Source: Eubacteriales bacterium (lineage in GTDB: Bacteria > Bacillota > Clostridia > Oscillospirales > CAG-272). Taken from it: a stretch of 64,000 nt of DNA. The stretch is taken from the NCBI GenBank assembly GCA_045659245.1, contig JAZOWN010000006.1, forward strand, positions 13,186 to 77,185, written 5' to 3'. The notes beneath the pieces are model-generated. The model did not search any database, had not been told where the DNA came from, and saw only the letters and a program-made list of their open reading frames with translations. Both the position numbers and the translations under genes were made by a program. Below, one piece after another: positions 17,542-29,203 of the stretch; position 1 is the first letter of the stretch, and each line of letters begins with the position of its first letter.

Positions 17542-17830
17542 TTGACAAGTGACAAAGCTTGGAGTATTATATTAGCAATGGCTGTGATAAGGACAGGCGA
17601 GGATTTTGAAATTACAGAGAGCCGTTGGTTGGTGTGAAACGGTGTTTCGTTCCTTTTGCTAAATCACCTTTGAGCTCGCTGCCGAAAGCCCCACGGCAAG
17701 TAGAACAGCGCGTATTCCTGCGTTAGAGGAGAGTGTATGATAAGTACACGGTGAGTGGTCGTTTGACAAAAAGAGTGGTACCGCGGAAGCTTTACGCCTT
17801 CGCCTCTTAAGATAGGGGCGAAGGCTTTTT
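17542..17830 (+). promoter_or_regulatory. promoter plus T-box leader (candidate Ile specifier AUC) controlling ilvA-ridA
   Basis: The promoter is TTGACA (17542-17547), 17 nt, then TATTAT (17565-17570). Stem-I reads AGAGAGCCGUUGGUUGGUGUGAAACGG. AUC followed by A lies at 17663-17666. The T-box core AAGAGUGGUACCGCGG is at 17771-17786. The terminator is GCCUUCGCCUCU / AGGGGCGAAGGC plus UUUUU (17796-17830). Confidence 0.85.
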
Positions 17831-17862
17831 ATATTCCTAAAAAACAGAACGGAGAAGAAAAA

Positions 17863-19059
17863 ATGTTAACACTTGATAAGGTTTACCATGCCGCATTTAC
17901 GCTTAAGGACGTGATCAGAGAAACCGCGATCATACCGTCCCCAAAGCTCAGCAAGACTAATAACGTGTTCCTTAAAACAGAGAATTTGCAGCTTACAGGC
18001 TCGTTTAAGGTAAGAGGCGCGGGATATATGATATCTCAGCTCAGCGACGAGGAAAAGGCGAGAGGCGTTATTGCCTGCTCGGCAGGAAACCACGCACAGG
18101 GTGTTGCCTTGGCTTCCGCAAAATACGGAATAAAGTCTATAATCTGCTTGCCTGACGGAGCGCCCATATCAAAGGTTGAGGCAACCAAGGGATACGGTGC
18201 TGAGGTAGTTATGGTAAAGGGCGTTTATGACGACGCTTATAAGCATGCTCTTGAGCTTCGCGACAAAATGGGATATACATTCGTACACCCCTTTGATGAT
18301 GAAGATGTTATCGCTGGACAGGGAACTATCGGACTTGAAATACTTAACGAGATAAAGGATCTTGACGCTGTTGTAGTGCCGATAGGCGGCGGCGGACTTA
18401 TATCTGGAATCGCCTACGTTATAAAGCATCTTGCGCCTCACGTAAAGGTGTACGGCGTTCAGGCTGCGGGCGCTCCCAGCATGTATAATTCCGTAAAGGA
18501 CGGCAAGATAGAAAGGCTGAATTCCGTTTCCACCATTGCCGACGGTATAGCAGTTAAGGAGCCGGGAGAGAATACCTTTAAGCTCGTTTCGGAGTACGTT
18601 GACGAGATAGTTACGGTTACGGAGGGTGAGATATCCTCTGCGATACTTGCGCTCATCGAGCAGCACAAAATGATAGCTGAGGGCGCTGGCGCTGTCTCCG
18701 TTGCGGCTGTTATGTTTGATAAGCTTCCCATAAAGAACAAAAACGTGGTTTGCGTTGTTTCGGGCGGTAATATTGACGTTACTATACTTTCGAGAGTTAT
18801 CGAAAGAGGTCTTCTTACGTCGGGAAGAACATGCAACCTTTGCATCGAGCTTATGGATAAGCCCGGACAGCTTCAGCAGGTTTCCTCAATAATCGCAAGT
18901 TTTGGCGGAAACGTAATTTCCGTACACCACGAGCGCGCAAGCGAGAAGATGGATATTAACGGATGTTACCTCAGAATCGTTCTCGAAACGAGAAACTACG
19001 AGCATATTGACAGCATAACAGATGCGCTTACGGCGGCAGGATTTAGACTCGTTCAGTAA
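17863..19059 (+). CDS. ilvA: threonine ammonia-lyase (biosynthetic threonine dehydratase, short form with a C-terminal ACT-like domain)
   Basis: The PLP-lysine motif is LQLTGSFKVRGA. Other blocks are SAGNHAQG and GGGGLISG. The C-terminal regulatory domain is about 80 aa. Confidence 0.9.
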   Translation: MLTLDKVYHAAFTLKDVIRETAIIPSPKLSKTNNVFLKTENLQLTGSFKVRGAGYMISQLSDEEKARGVIACSAGNHAQGVALASAKYGIKSIICLPDGAPISKVEATKGYGAEVVMVKGVYDDAYKHALELRDKMGYTFVHPFDDEDVIAGQGTIGLEILNEIKDLDAVVVPIGGGGLISGIAYVIKHLAPHVKVYGVQAAGAPSMYNSVKDGKIERLNSVSTIADGIAVKEPGENTFKLVSEYVDEIVTVTEGEISSAILALIEQHKMIAEGAGAVSVAAVMFDKLPIKNKNVVCVVSGGNIDVTILSRVIERGLLTSGRTCNLCIELMDKPGQLQQVSSIIASFGGNVISVHHERASEKMDINGCYLRIVLETRNYEHIDSITDALTAAGFRLVQ

Positions 19060-19088
19060 CTTACACATTCATAAAAGGAGAAAAAATC

Positions 19089-19460
19089 ATGGAAAAGGTA
19101 TATACTAAAAACGCACCCGATGCAATCGGACCCTATTCTCAGGCAGTAAAGGTCGGAGGACTTGTTTTTACGTCGGGACAGATAGCAATTAACCCCGCGA
19201 GCGGAGAGGTCGAGGCTAAGACCATCGAGGAGCAAACGGAGCAGGTCTGCAAAAATCTTTGCGCTGTTCTTGAGGCGGCAGGAACGTCCATTGACAAGGC
19301 AGTTAAGACTGTTTGCTTCCTTGCAGACATGAACGATTTTGCGGCATTTAACGGGATCTACGGAAAATATTTCGTTTCAAAGCCCGCAAGAAGCTGCGTT
19401 GCGGCAAAGCAGCTCCCCAAAAACGTGCTCGTTGAGGTCGAGGTTATTGCCGAAATATAA
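19089..19460 (+). CDS. ridA: RidA family reactive enamine/imine deaminase
   Basis: 123-aa YjgF/RidA protein with APDAIGPYSQAVKVGGLVFTSGQI and a C-terminal PARSCV..LPKNVLVEVEVIA block. Confidence 0.9.
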   Translation: MEKVYTKNAPDAIGPYSQAVKVGGLVFTSGQIAINPASGEVEAKTIEEQTEQVCKNLCAVLEAAGTSIDKAVKTVCFLADMNDFAAFNGIYGKYFVSKPARSCVAAKQLPKNVLVEVEVIAEI

Positions 19461-19552
19461 CAAATATTTTGTTATCGTGCTTTAAAGTTTTTTGTGTTCT
19501 TGATTTAAAATTGTACAAAATATATCAAAATACAAAAGATTTCGCAATTCTC

Positions 19553-19880
19553 TTGACAAAATGCGGTTTTTGTGGTAAAATATCCGCAACAAGTTTTTAT
19601 TATAATGTAGGGCTTTGAAGGGAAGCAGTAGTTTGCGATGCATTTTCAGAAAGTCGGCGGGTGATGCGAGCCGATAATGCGAGCTTATGAATCTCATCCC
19701 CGAGCTTCCGCTTGAAGGCAAGGTCTTGTTGCTGCGTAGGTGCGGACGGTGTGTTCCCGTTATCATGAACAACCTCACTAATTGGCGAGGGAAAGTGGCA
19801 TTTATTGCAATAAGAGTGGTACCGCAGAGAGTTTATTAGACCTTTGTCTCTTGAAATTTGAGAGATAAAGGTCTTTTTTG
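19553..19880 (+). promoter_or_regulatory. promoter plus T-box leader (candidate Leu specifier CUC) controlling the ilv-leu operon
   Basis: The promoter is TTGACA (19553-19558), 17 nt, then TAAAAT (19576-19581). Stem-I has AGAAAG..GGGUGAUGCGAG. CUC followed by A lies at 19693-19696, and an overlapping AUC at 19691-19693 makes the specifier ambiguous. The T-box core AAGAGUGGUACCGCAG is at 19812-19827. A 14-bp terminator AGACCUUUGUCUCU / AGAGAUAAAGGUCU plus a U-run spans 19838-19879. Confidence 0.85.
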
Positions 19881-19916
19881 ATAATTTTTTGACAACTAAA
19901 CTGAAAAGGAGTTAAG

Positions 19917-21575
19917 ATGATTTTAAACGGTTCTGAAATTCTTGTAAACGTTTTGCTTGAACAGGGCGTGGATACCGTGTTCGGTTATCCGGGCGGCTCT
20001 GTTTTGAATATTTACGACGCGCTTTATAAGAATAGCGACAAAATTTGTCACGTGCTGACTGCTCACGAGCAGGGCGCGGCACATGCGGCTGACGGATACG
20101 CAAGATCAACGGGCAAGACGGGCGTCGTTATCGCTACGAGCGGCCCCGGCGCTACCAATCTGGTAACGGGTATCGCTACGGCTTATATGGACAGTGTTCC
20201 CATGGTTGCCATAACGGGTAACGTGCCCACGCCTCTTATAGGCTGTGACAGCTTCCAGGAGGTCTACATAGCGGGAATTACGATGCCCATTACCAAGCAC
20301 AACTTCGTGGTAAGACGAGTTGAGGATCTGGCGGACACCTTGCGCGCGGCTTTCAAGATAGCGGCAAGCGGCAGACCCGGACCTGTGCTCGTGGATATTC
20401 CCAAGGACGTTACGGCTAACAAGACGACCTACACGCCTCAGGTGCCCGAGAAAATAACGGCAGACACGGCAATTGACGGAAACATAGCGGAGATCGCTGA
20501 CCTGATAAATAAGGCAGAGCGTCCGTTTATCTACTTTGGCGGCGGAGTCCGCATTTCGGGTGCATCAGACGAATTGCGCGAGCTGATAATGAAGGCAGAC
20601 ATTCCTGCGGCGTATTCGCTTATGGCGGCTGGCGTGCTCGGACACGGAGAGAAGAACAACCTCGGTCTTATAGGAATGCACGGCTTCTATTCCGCAAACT
20701 GCGCGGCTAACCGAGCTGACCTCATGATCGCGATAGGAACTCGCTTTAGTGACAGAGTTGCTCTTAACACACAGAAGTTCGGACATAACGCAAAGATAGT
20801 CCATATCGATATCGACCCCGGTGAGATAGGCAAGAACGTTCCCGTAGATTACAGCATCATAGGTGATGTAAAGGTAGTTCTTACGGAGCTTCTTAAGCAG
20901 GTCAAGACCACGACTCACCCCGAATGGTCGGAGCAGATAGGAAAATGGCGTCTTGACGATTACACCCCCGAGGATTCCGATACGGAGCTCAAGCCTCACC
21001 AGATAATAAGAGCGACATGCGAGATGGCGGGTGAGGAGGCTATCTACGTTACCGACGTAGGTCAGCACCAGATGTGGGCGGCTCAGTACACAAAGCACGT
21101 TCGCCCCATGAACTTCCTTACGAGCGGCGGACTTGGTACGATGGGCTACGGATACGGAGCGGCTATCGGAGCAAAGATGGCGCACCCCGAGCTTCCCGTT
21201 ATTCACTATACGAGTGACGGCTCTCTGCACATGAACCTTAACGAGCTTTGCACGGCAGTAAGCTATAAGCTTCCCGTGGTGACCGTTATACTTAACAACG
21301 CAGTGCTCGGAATGGTAAGACAATGGCAGGCGTCCTTCTACGACCGCAGATTTTCTCAAAGCCAGCCCGAGCGCGTAACGGATTACGTAAAGGTTGCCGA
21401 GGCGTTTGGCGCGAAGGGATACCGTTGCTTCAATATTGCCGAGTATGAAGCCGCATTGGCAGAGGCTCTTAAGGCAGACGGCCCCGTTTGGATCGAGTGC
21501 GTTATCGACCGTGAGGAAAAGGTTCTTCCTATGATCCCGAGCGGCGGAACGGTAAACGATACGATTTCAAAGTAA
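19917..21575 (+). CDS. ilvB: acetolactate synthase large (catalytic) subunit
   Basis: 552-aa ThDP enzyme with GVDTVFGYPGG, ATSGPGATN and the ThDP motif GGLGTMGYG..NN. Confidence 0.93.
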   Translation: MILNGSEILVNVLLEQGVDTVFGYPGGSVLNIYDALYKNSDKICHVLTAHEQGAAHAADGYARSTGKTGVVIATSGPGATNLVTGIATAYMDSVPMVAITGNVPTPLIGCDSFQEVYIAGITMPITKHNFVVRRVEDLADTLRAAFKIAASGRPGPVLVDIPKDVTANKTTYTPQVPEKITADTAIDGNIAEIADLINKAERPFIYFGGGVRISGASDELRELIMKADIPAAYSLMAAGVLGHGEKNNLGLIGMHGFYSANCAANRADLMIAIGTRFSDRVALNTQKFGHNAKIVHIDIDPGEIGKNVPVDYSIIGDVKVVLTELLKQVKTTTHPEWSEQIGKWRLDDYTPEDSDTELKPHQIIRATCEMAGEEAIYVTDVGQHQMWAAQYTKHVRPMNFLTSGGLGTMGYGYGAAIGAKMAHPELPVIHYTSDGSLHMNLNELCTAVSYKLPVVTVILNNAVLGMVRQWQASFYDRRFSQSQPERVTDYVKVAEAFGAKGYRCFNIAEYEAALAEALKADGPVWIECVIDREEKVLPMIPSGGTVNDTISK

Positions 21576-21587
21576 GGAGGAAAGCAG

Positions 21588-22085
21588 ATGAAAAAGCAAT
21601 GCATGGTTATCCTCGTTGAAAACAATGCGGGTGTTCTCGCAAGAGTCAGCTCGTTGTTTATGCAGAGAGGATTTAATATTGATTCTCTTACGGTTTCCTC
21701 TACCGAAAATCCTAAAATATCAAGAATTACCGTTATGACCACGGGCGACCAGAAAAACTTCAGTCAGATAATGAAGCAGACCAAGAAGCTCGTTGAAACA
21801 AAAATGATATTTGCAGTCGAGCCTTCGTTCAGCCTTATTCAGGAGCTTCTGCTCGTTAAGGTATCTACCGACGGCGCAGACATCGAGGCTCTTAAGGCGA
21901 CTGTCAAGAAGTTCGGTGCTTCCATGGTTGACATAACGTCGGGCTGCCTTATAGTCGAGCTTGCGGCATCCTCGCAGGTCATAGACGATTTCCTTGAAGC
22001 AATCAGCAGCTTCAGGATGCTCGAAATGTGCCGTTCGGGCGCAATAGCAATGGAACGCGGAGACGTTCTTTACGAATTGAATTAA
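21588..22085 (+). CDS. ilvN: acetolactate synthase small (regulatory) subunit
   Basis: 165-aa protein with an N-terminal ACT domain (ILVENNAGVLARVSSLFMQRGFNIDSLTV). It sits directly after ilvB. Confidence 0.9.
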   Translation: MKKQCMVILVENNAGVLARVSSLFMQRGFNIDSLTVSSTENPKISRITVMTTGDQKNFSQIMKQTKKLVETKMIFAVEPSFSLIQELLLVKVSTDGADIEALKATVKKFGASMVDITSGCLIVELAASSQVIDDFLEAISSFRMLEMCRSGAIAMERGDVLYELN

Positions 22086-22135
22086 CCGTTTAAGCGGCTA
22101 AAATAAAAACAAATTTTTTACATAAGGGAGATTAA

Positions 22136-23149
<1,014 letters not shown>

Positions 23150-23389
23150 TTTATAATACTTAATATTTTTAGGGAAGCTCCCACACGGGAGTTTCCCTAA
23201 AAGAGGATAGAGAAGCAAAACAATTTAGAGCTTGCACGGCTTTTTTGTTGATTTTAAGTACGTGCTGATACGGCTTGCATCTGATAGTGCAAGAAGTTAA
23301 ACCACAAAAACACTTTGACTTTGAAAATAACGGATCTACCGATATTTATATATTTAATCTTTTAAGAAAAAACGACGGAGGGTGCGTAT

Positions 23390-24019
23390 ATGAAGAATTT
23401 TGAAAAAACCAAAAGACTTGTTTTAGCGGCAGTCATTGTTGCAATCATTATATTGATGGGCTTTACACCTATCGGATACATTAAGACCCCGACAATTGAA
23501 GTTACGTTTTTGATGATTCCTGTTGTTATTGGGGCTGCTATACTGGGTAAGGAATGGGGTGCGATTTTCGGTTTGGTATTTGGTCTTACCTCGTTCTTCC
23601 AATGCTTTGGTTATAGCCCGTTCGGTACGGCACTTTTTGCTATAAATCCTGTTGCAACCTTCATTATGTGTCTTGTACCCAGAATTTTGATGGGATTTTT
23701 AGCGGGAGTCATATATGAAGCAATTTATAAAATAGACAAGACCAAGATAATTTCGTTTATTGTTACTTCTATTTCGGGTGCTGCTTTAAATACTTTGTTT
23801 TTTACACTTGGATTTATTTTGTTTTTCCGTAACGCAGATTTGACTGCAAGCTTTGGTATGAATCTTGCAGACATGCGGATTATGGATGTTATTGGACTTC
23901 TAATTACATTCAACGCTGTTTTAGAGGTGGTTATTTGCGGTGTAGTAGGTACGGCACTTTCCAAAGTGATTTCACATCTTATCATCAAAAATAGAACTAT
24001 ATTCGGTAAAAAGAATTAA
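23390..24019 (+). CDS. ECF-transporter S (substrate-capture) component embedded in the ilv-leu operon; substrate unknown (pantothenate/PanT-like is a guess)
   Basis: 209-aa protein with about 6 TM helices. Its N-terminal pattern KTKRLVLAAVIVAIIILMGFTPIGYI..FLMIPVVIGAAILG is typical of ECF S components. No EcfA or EcfT genes are adjacent. Confidence 0.65.
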   Translation: MKNFEKTKRLVLAAVIVAIIILMGFTPIGYIKTPTIEVTFLMIPVVIGAAILGKEWGAIFGLVFGLTSFFQCFGYSPFGTALFAINPVATFIMCLVPRILMGFLAGVIYEAIYKIDKTKIISFIVTSISGAALNTLFFTLGFILFFRNADLTASFGMNLADMRIMDVIGLLITFNAVLEVVICGVVGTALSKVISHLIIKNRTIFGKKN

Positions 24020-24058
24020 AAGGCAACACAATAAAGATTTATTTGTTAGGAGAATATT

Positions 24059-25729
24059 ATGTCACTTCGTTCAGATAACGTAACAAAAGGCGCGGAAAGA
24101 GCGCCAAACAGAAGCTTGTTTTACGCGATGGGCTACACAAAGGAGGAGCTTGAGCGCCCTCTTATCGGTGTCGTAAGCGCACACAGCGAGATAGTTCCCG
24201 GACACGTTCACCTCGACAAGATAGCAGATGCCGTTAAGGCAGGCGTAAGAATGGCAGGCGGTACGCCCGTGCTTATTCCGTCCATCGGTGTTTGCGACGG
24301 TATCGCTATGGGACACACGGGTATGAAATATTCTCTTGCCAGCCGCGAGCTTATTTGCGACAGCGTTGAGACCATGACTATGGCGCATCAGCTTGACGGA
24401 CTTGTGCTTATTCCTAACTGTGATAAGATAGTTCCCGGTATGGTAATGGCGGCGGTAAGAATGAACGTTCCCGCCATAGTTTGCAGCGGCGGACCTATGC
24501 TCGCAGGTAAATACGACGGCGAGGAAGTAAGTCTTTCCAAGCTCTTTGAGGCGGTTGGCGCTTATAAGGCTGGAATGATCGACGACTGTAAGCTTGAGGA
24601 ATGTGAAACGGGTGCTTGCCCCGGCTGCGGAAGCTGTGCGGGAATGTATACCGCAAACAGCATGAACTGCCTTTGCGAGGCGGTTGGAATTGCGCTCCCC
24701 GGCAACGGCACTATCCCCGCGGTAAGCAACAAGAGAACTATACTTGCAAAGCATGCGGGTATGGCTATCATGGAGCTTGTAAGAAACAACATCTGCGCTC
24801 GTGATATTATCAACGAGAAATCAATACAGAACGCGCTTGCTTGCGATATGGCGCTCGGTTGCAGCTCAAACAGCGTGCTTCACCTTTTGGCGATCGCTAA
24901 CGAGGCGGGTGTACACCTTGACCTCAATCTGTTCAACCAGATGAGCGCAAAGGTTCCGAACCTCTGCCACCTTGCTCCCGCAGGTTCAACTCACATGCAG
25001 GACCTTGACGCCGCAGGCGGAATTCCCGCAGTTCAGGCGGAGCTTGTAAAGAAGGGCTTGCTTGATACCTCGGCTCTTACCGTTACGGGCAAGACCTTGG
25101 GTGAGAACATAGAGGGCGCCTACATAAAGGATCACAACGCTATTCGCTCTATTGATAATCCGTATAGCGAAACGGGCGGAATACAGATACTCTGGGGTAA
25201 TATCGCTCAAAAGGGCTGTGTAGTTAAGAGAAGCGCGGTCGCTCCCGAAATGCTCAAGCATAGCGGCAGAGCGCGCGTATTCAACTCCGAGGACGAGGCA
25301 ATTGCCGCAATTTATTCAGGCAAGATAGTTGACGGTGACGTTGTCGTTATAAGATACGAAGGCCCTAAGGGCGGCCCCGGAATGAGAGAAATGCTCAATC
25401 CTACGAGCGCGCTCGCAGGAATGAAGCTCGATAAGACGGTTGCGCTTATTACCGACGGACGCTTCTCCGGCGCAAGCCGCGGCGCATCTATCGGCCACGT
25501 TTCTCCCGAGGCGGCTGACGGCGGAAATATCGCGTTGATCGAGGAGGGCGATATTATCGAGATAGACATTCCCAACGCATCGGTAAACGTTCTTGTAAGC
25601 GACGAGGAGCTTGACGCGAGACGCGAGAAGTACGTCTCTCCCGAGCCTAACGTAAAAACGGGCTGGCTCGCAAGATACGCAAAGCTCGTTAGCAGTGCTG
25701 ACGTTGGCGCAATAATGAAGAATTTTTAA
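24059..25729 (+). CDS. ilvD: dihydroxy-acid dehydratase
   Basis: Blocks present are [32 protein letters not shown] and the C-terminal [12 protein letters not shown]. Confidence 0.95.
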   Translation: MSLRSDNVTKGAERAPNRSLFYAMGYTKEELERPLIGVVSAHSEIVPGHVHLDKIADAVKAGVRMAGGTPVLIPSIGVCDGIAMGHTGMKYSLASRELICDSVETMTMAHQLDGLVLIPNCDKIVPGMVMAAVRMNVPAIVCSGGPMLAGKYDGEEVSLSKLFEAVGAYKAGMIDDCKLEECETGACPGCGSCAGMYTANSMNCLCEAVGIALPGNGTIPAVSNKRTILAKHAGMAIMELVRNNICARDIINEKSIQNALACDMALGCSSNSVLHLLAIANEAGVHLDLNLFNQMSAKVPNLCHLAPAGSTHMQDLDAAGGIPAVQAELVKKGLLDTSALTVTGKTLGENIEGAYIKDHNAIRSIDNPYSETGGIQILWGNIAQKGCVVKRSAVAPEMLKHSGRARVFNSEDEAIAAIYSGKIVDGDVVVIRYEGPKGGPGMREMLNPTSALAGMKLDKTVALITDGRFSGASRGASIGHVSPEAADGGNIALIEEGDIIEIDIPNASVNVLVSDEELDARREKYVSPEPNVKTGWLARYAKLVSSADVGAIMKNF

Positions 25730-25746
25730 GTAAAGGTTATTACAGT

Positions 25747-27411
25747 ATGAAAAATTGCAATAAGTATACAAGACAGTATTTTCCCGCTCCCGCGTCAAGC
25801 GGTAAGTGGGCAGAGAAGAACTACATAACCGAGCCGCCCGTATGGTGCTCAGTTGACCTGCGTGACGGAAATCAGGCGCTCATCATTCCCATGAGCCTTG
25901 AGGAAAAGCTCGAGTTCTTCAAGCTTCTCGTAAAGATCGGCTTTAAGGAGATCGAGGTAGGCTTCCCGGCGGCGTCCGAAACGGAATATAAGTTCCTCCG
26001 TACTCTTATTGAGGAGGACCTCATTCCCGACGACGTTACCGTTCAGGTGCTTACTCAGTCGAGAGAGCATATCATAAAGAAGACGTTTGAGAGCCTTAAG
26101 GGCGCAAAGAATGCGATAGTTCACCTTTATAATTCCACCTCCGTGGCACAACGCGAGCAGGTTTTCAAAAAGTCCAAAGAGGAAATTATTGATATTGCAG
26201 TAAGCGGAGCAAAGCTCTTTAAGAAATACAGCGAGGAAATGGGAGTTAATTACAGATACGAGTATTCTCCCGAGTCCTTTACGGGAACGGAGCCCGAATT
26301 TGCACTTGAGATCTGTAACGCGGTGCTTGACGTTTGGCAGCCTACTCCCGATAAAAAGGTTATAATCAACCTGCCCGTTACCGTTCAGGTTTCCATGCCT
26401 CACGTTTACGCAAATCAGGTTGAGTACATGAACGATAACCTTAAATACCGTGAGAACGTAATCATATCCTTGCATCCTCATAACGACAGAGGCTGTGCTG
26501 TTGCAGACGCTGAAATGGGACTTCTTGCGGGTGGTGATAGAATTGAGGGTACTCTTTTCGGAAACGGAGAGAGAACGGGTAACGCGGACATCGTTACTAT
26601 CGCTCTTAATATGTTCGCGCAGGGTGTTGACCCGGGGCTTGATTTCTCGGATATGCCTACTGTTACCGAGCTTTACGAGAGAGTTACGAGAATGTCCGTT
26701 TACGACAGAACTCCTTATGCGGGTAAGCTTGTGTTTGCCGCATTCTCGGGCTCACACCAGGACGCTATCGCAAAGGGTATGAAGTGGCGCGAGGAGCGCG
26801 ACTGCGACCATTGGACAGTTCCTTATCTTCCTATCGATCCCACGGACGTTGGAAGACAGTACGAAAGCGACGTAATAAGAATAAATTCTCAGTCTGGCAA
26901 GGGCGGCATAGGCTATCTGCTTGAGCACAACTTCGGATACGTTCTTCCCGCGAAGATGCGCGAGGACGTCGGATACACCGTCAAGGGATATTCCGACAGA
27001 TCACACAAGGAGCTTTCTCCCACAGAGGTGCTTGATATATTCCAGAAGGAATACGTTGGTATCAATGCGCCCGTAGAGCTTGTTGACTATCACTTCGTGC
27101 GCCGCGGAGAAACGATCAAGGCTATTTTGACGATAAATCAGAACGGCGAGACCTTTGATATATCCGCTGAGGGTAACGGACGTCTTGACGCGGTAAGTAA
27201 CGCAATCAAGAAGCACCTTTGCATTGATTACACCAACCTTACCTATACCGAGCATGCGCTTACCTCGGCTTCTACCTCTAAGGCAGTTACCTACGTAAGT
27301 ATTACCTTTGGTGACGGAAAGACCGTTTGGGGTGCGGGCGTACACGACGATATTATTGCTTCGTCCATTTGCGCTTTGATGTGCGCTATAAACAGAAAAA
27401 TCGGAAAATAA
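25747..27411 (+). CDS. leuA: 2-isopropylmalate synthase (long form)
   Basis: 554-aa protein with VDLRDGNQ, the HPHNDRGCAVA metal site and a C-terminal LeuA regulatory domain. Confidence 0.92.
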   Translation: MKNCNKYTRQYFPAPASSGKWAEKNYITEPPVWCSVDLRDGNQALIIPMSLEEKLEFFKLLVKIGFKEIEVGFPAASETEYKFLRTLIEEDLIPDDVTVQVLTQSREHIIKKTFESLKGAKNAIVHLYNSTSVAQREQVFKKSKEEIIDIAVSGAKLFKKYSEEMGVNYRYEYSPESFTGTEPEFALEICNAVLDVWQPTPDKKVIINLPVTVQVSMPHVYANQVEYMNDNLKYRENVIISLHPHNDRGCAVADAEMGLLAGGDRIEGTLFGNGERTGNADIVTIALNMFAQGVDPGLDFSDMPTVTELYERVTRMSVYDRTPYAGKLVFAAFSGSHQDAIAKGMKWREERDCDHWTVPYLPIDPTDVGRQYESDVIRINSQSGKGGIGYLLEHNFGYVLPAKMREDVGYTVKGYSDRSHKELSPTEVLDIFQKEYVGINAPVELVDYHFVRRGETIKAILTINQNGETFDISAEGNGRLDAVSNAIKKHLCIDYTNLTYTEHALTSASTSKAVTYVSITFGDGKTVWGAGVHDDIIASSICALMCAINRKIGK

Positions 27412-27435
27412 TTTATAAAAGCGGAGGCTTATAAT

Positions 27436-28698
27436 ATGGGAATGACAATGACCCAGAAGATATTGGCGGCTCACGCGGGACTTGAGTCCGTAAGAGCGGG
27501 GCAGCTCATTATGGCAAAGCTTGATTTGGTGCTCGGAAACGACATCACCTCTCCCGTTGCTATCAACGAATTTAAGAAAAACGGCTTTGAGAGCGTGTTC
27601 GACAAGGACAAGATCGCTCTTGTAATGGACCACTTTGTACCTAACAAGGACATAAAGGCGGCTCAGCAGTGTAAGCAGTGTCGCACGTTCGCAAAGTGCT
27701 TTGATATCTCCAACTACTACGACGTTGGAGATATGGGAATTGAGCACGCGCTTCTTCCCGAAAAGGGATTGGTAGGCCCCGGAGAGCTTGTTATAGGTGC
27801 GGACTCTCATACGTGCACCTACGGCGCTCTCGGCGCTTTCTCGACGGGTGTCGGAAGCACCGATATGGCTGCGGGAATGGCAACCGGCGAGGCTTGGTTC
27901 AAGGTTCCGTCTGCTATAAAGTTCGAGCTTACGGGCAAGCTTCGTCCGTTCGTTTCGGGTAAGGACGTTATCCTTTACATAATAGGAAAGATCGGCGTTG
28001 ACGGTGCGCTTTACCGCTCTATGGAGTTTACGGGCGAGGGACTTGCGTCTCTTTCTATCGACGACAGACTTTGCATGGCGAATATGGCAATTGAGGCTGG
28101 CGCTAAAAACGGCATATTTGACGTTGACGAGGTAACGCTTGAGTACGTAAAGGACAGGGTAAACAGAGAGTTTACCGTATATAAGGCTGACGAGGACGCA
28201 GAGTACGACGAAACGTACGTAATTGACCTCGGTGCAATTGAGCCTACGGTTGCATGTCCTCACCTTCCCGAAAACACCAAGGACGCTCGCGCTCTTGCCG
28301 ATATCGTTCCCGATCAGGTCGTTATCGGCTCTTGCACCAACGGAAGAATTTCCGATATGCAGGCGGCGGCTGAAATATTTGAGGGTAAGCACGTTGCAAA
28401 GGGAGTAAGATGTATCATTATCCCCGCAACACAGTCTATTTACAAGGAATGCATCAAGCGCGGATATATCGATACGTTTATTGATGCGGGCTGTGTTGTT
28501 TCTACTCCTACCTGCGGTCCTTGCCTTGGCGGTTACATGGGAATCCTTGCCGAGGACGAGGTTGCGGTTGCTACTACGAACAGAAACTTTGTAGGAAGAA
28601 TGGGACACATCACGTCCAAGATATACCTTGCAAGCCCTGCGGTTGCCGCAGCGAGCGCAGTTGCAGGAAAAATATGCGATCCGAGAGATCTTAAGTAA
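27436..28698 (+). CDS. leuC: 3-isopropylmalate dehydratase large subunit
   Basis: It belongs to the aconitase family, with GADSHT and the Fe-S cysteines GSCTNGR and PTCGPCLG. Confidence 0.93.
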   Translation: MGMTMTQKILAAHAGLESVRAGQLIMAKLDLVLGNDITSPVAINEFKKNGFESVFDKDKIALVMDHFVPNKDIKAAQQCKQCRTFAKCFDISNYYDVGDMGIEHALLPEKGLVGPGELVIGADSHTCTYGALGAFSTGVGSTDMAAGMATGEAWFKVPSAIKFELTGKLRPFVSGKDVILYIIGKIGVDGALYRSMEFTGEGLASLSIDDRLCMANMAIEAGAKNGIFDVDEVTLEYVKDRVNREFTVYKADEDAEYDETYVIDLGAIEPTVACPHLPENTKDARALADIVPDQVVIGSCTNGRISDMQAAAEIFEGKHVAKGVRCIIIPATQSIYKECIKRGYIDTFIDAGCVVSTPTCGPCLGGYMGILAEDEVAVATTNRNFVGRMGHITSKIYLASPAVAAASAVAGKICDPRDLK

Positions 28699-28712
28699 GG
28701 AGGTAAGCACTG

Positions 28713-29198
28713 ATGAATGCAAGAGGAAGCGTACATAAGTACGGCAATAACATTGATACCGACGTTATAATCCCCGCTCGTTATCTCAACACCTCCGACC
28801 ATAAGGAGCTCGCATCGCACTGCATGGAGGATATCGACAAGGACTTTACCAAAAAGGTAAAGGACGGCGATATAATGGTAGGCGGCGCTAACTTCGGTTG
28901 CGGCTCGTCCAGAGAGCATGCGCCTATCGCTATAAAGAAATCGGGAATTTCCTGCGTTATAGCAAAGACATTTGCGCGAATTTTCTTCAGAAACGCAATA
29001 AATATCGGTCTTGCGATCCTTGAATGCCCCGAGGCAAGCGAAAAGATACAGAGCGGTGATGACGTTGAGATCGATTTCGACACGGGCGTTATCACCAACC
29101 ATACAAGAAATGAACAATACAAGGCAGAGCCGTTTCCCGATTTCGTAAAGGAAATCATCAAGGCAGACGGTCTTATGAACTCTATCGGAAAGAAGTGA
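28713..29198 (+). CDS. leuD: 3-isopropylmalate dehydratase small subunit
   Basis: 161-aa protein with the swivel-domain block [14 protein letters not shown]. Confidence 0.92.
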   Translation: MNARGSVHKYGNNIDTDVIIPARYLNTSDHKELASHCMEDIDKDFTKKVKDGDIMVGGANFGCGSSREHAPIAIKKSGISCVIAKTFARIFFRNAINIGLAILECPEASEKIQSGDDVEIDFDTGVITNHTRNEQYKAEPFPDFVKEIIKADGLMNSIGKK

Positions 29199-29203
29199 TT
29201 TAA

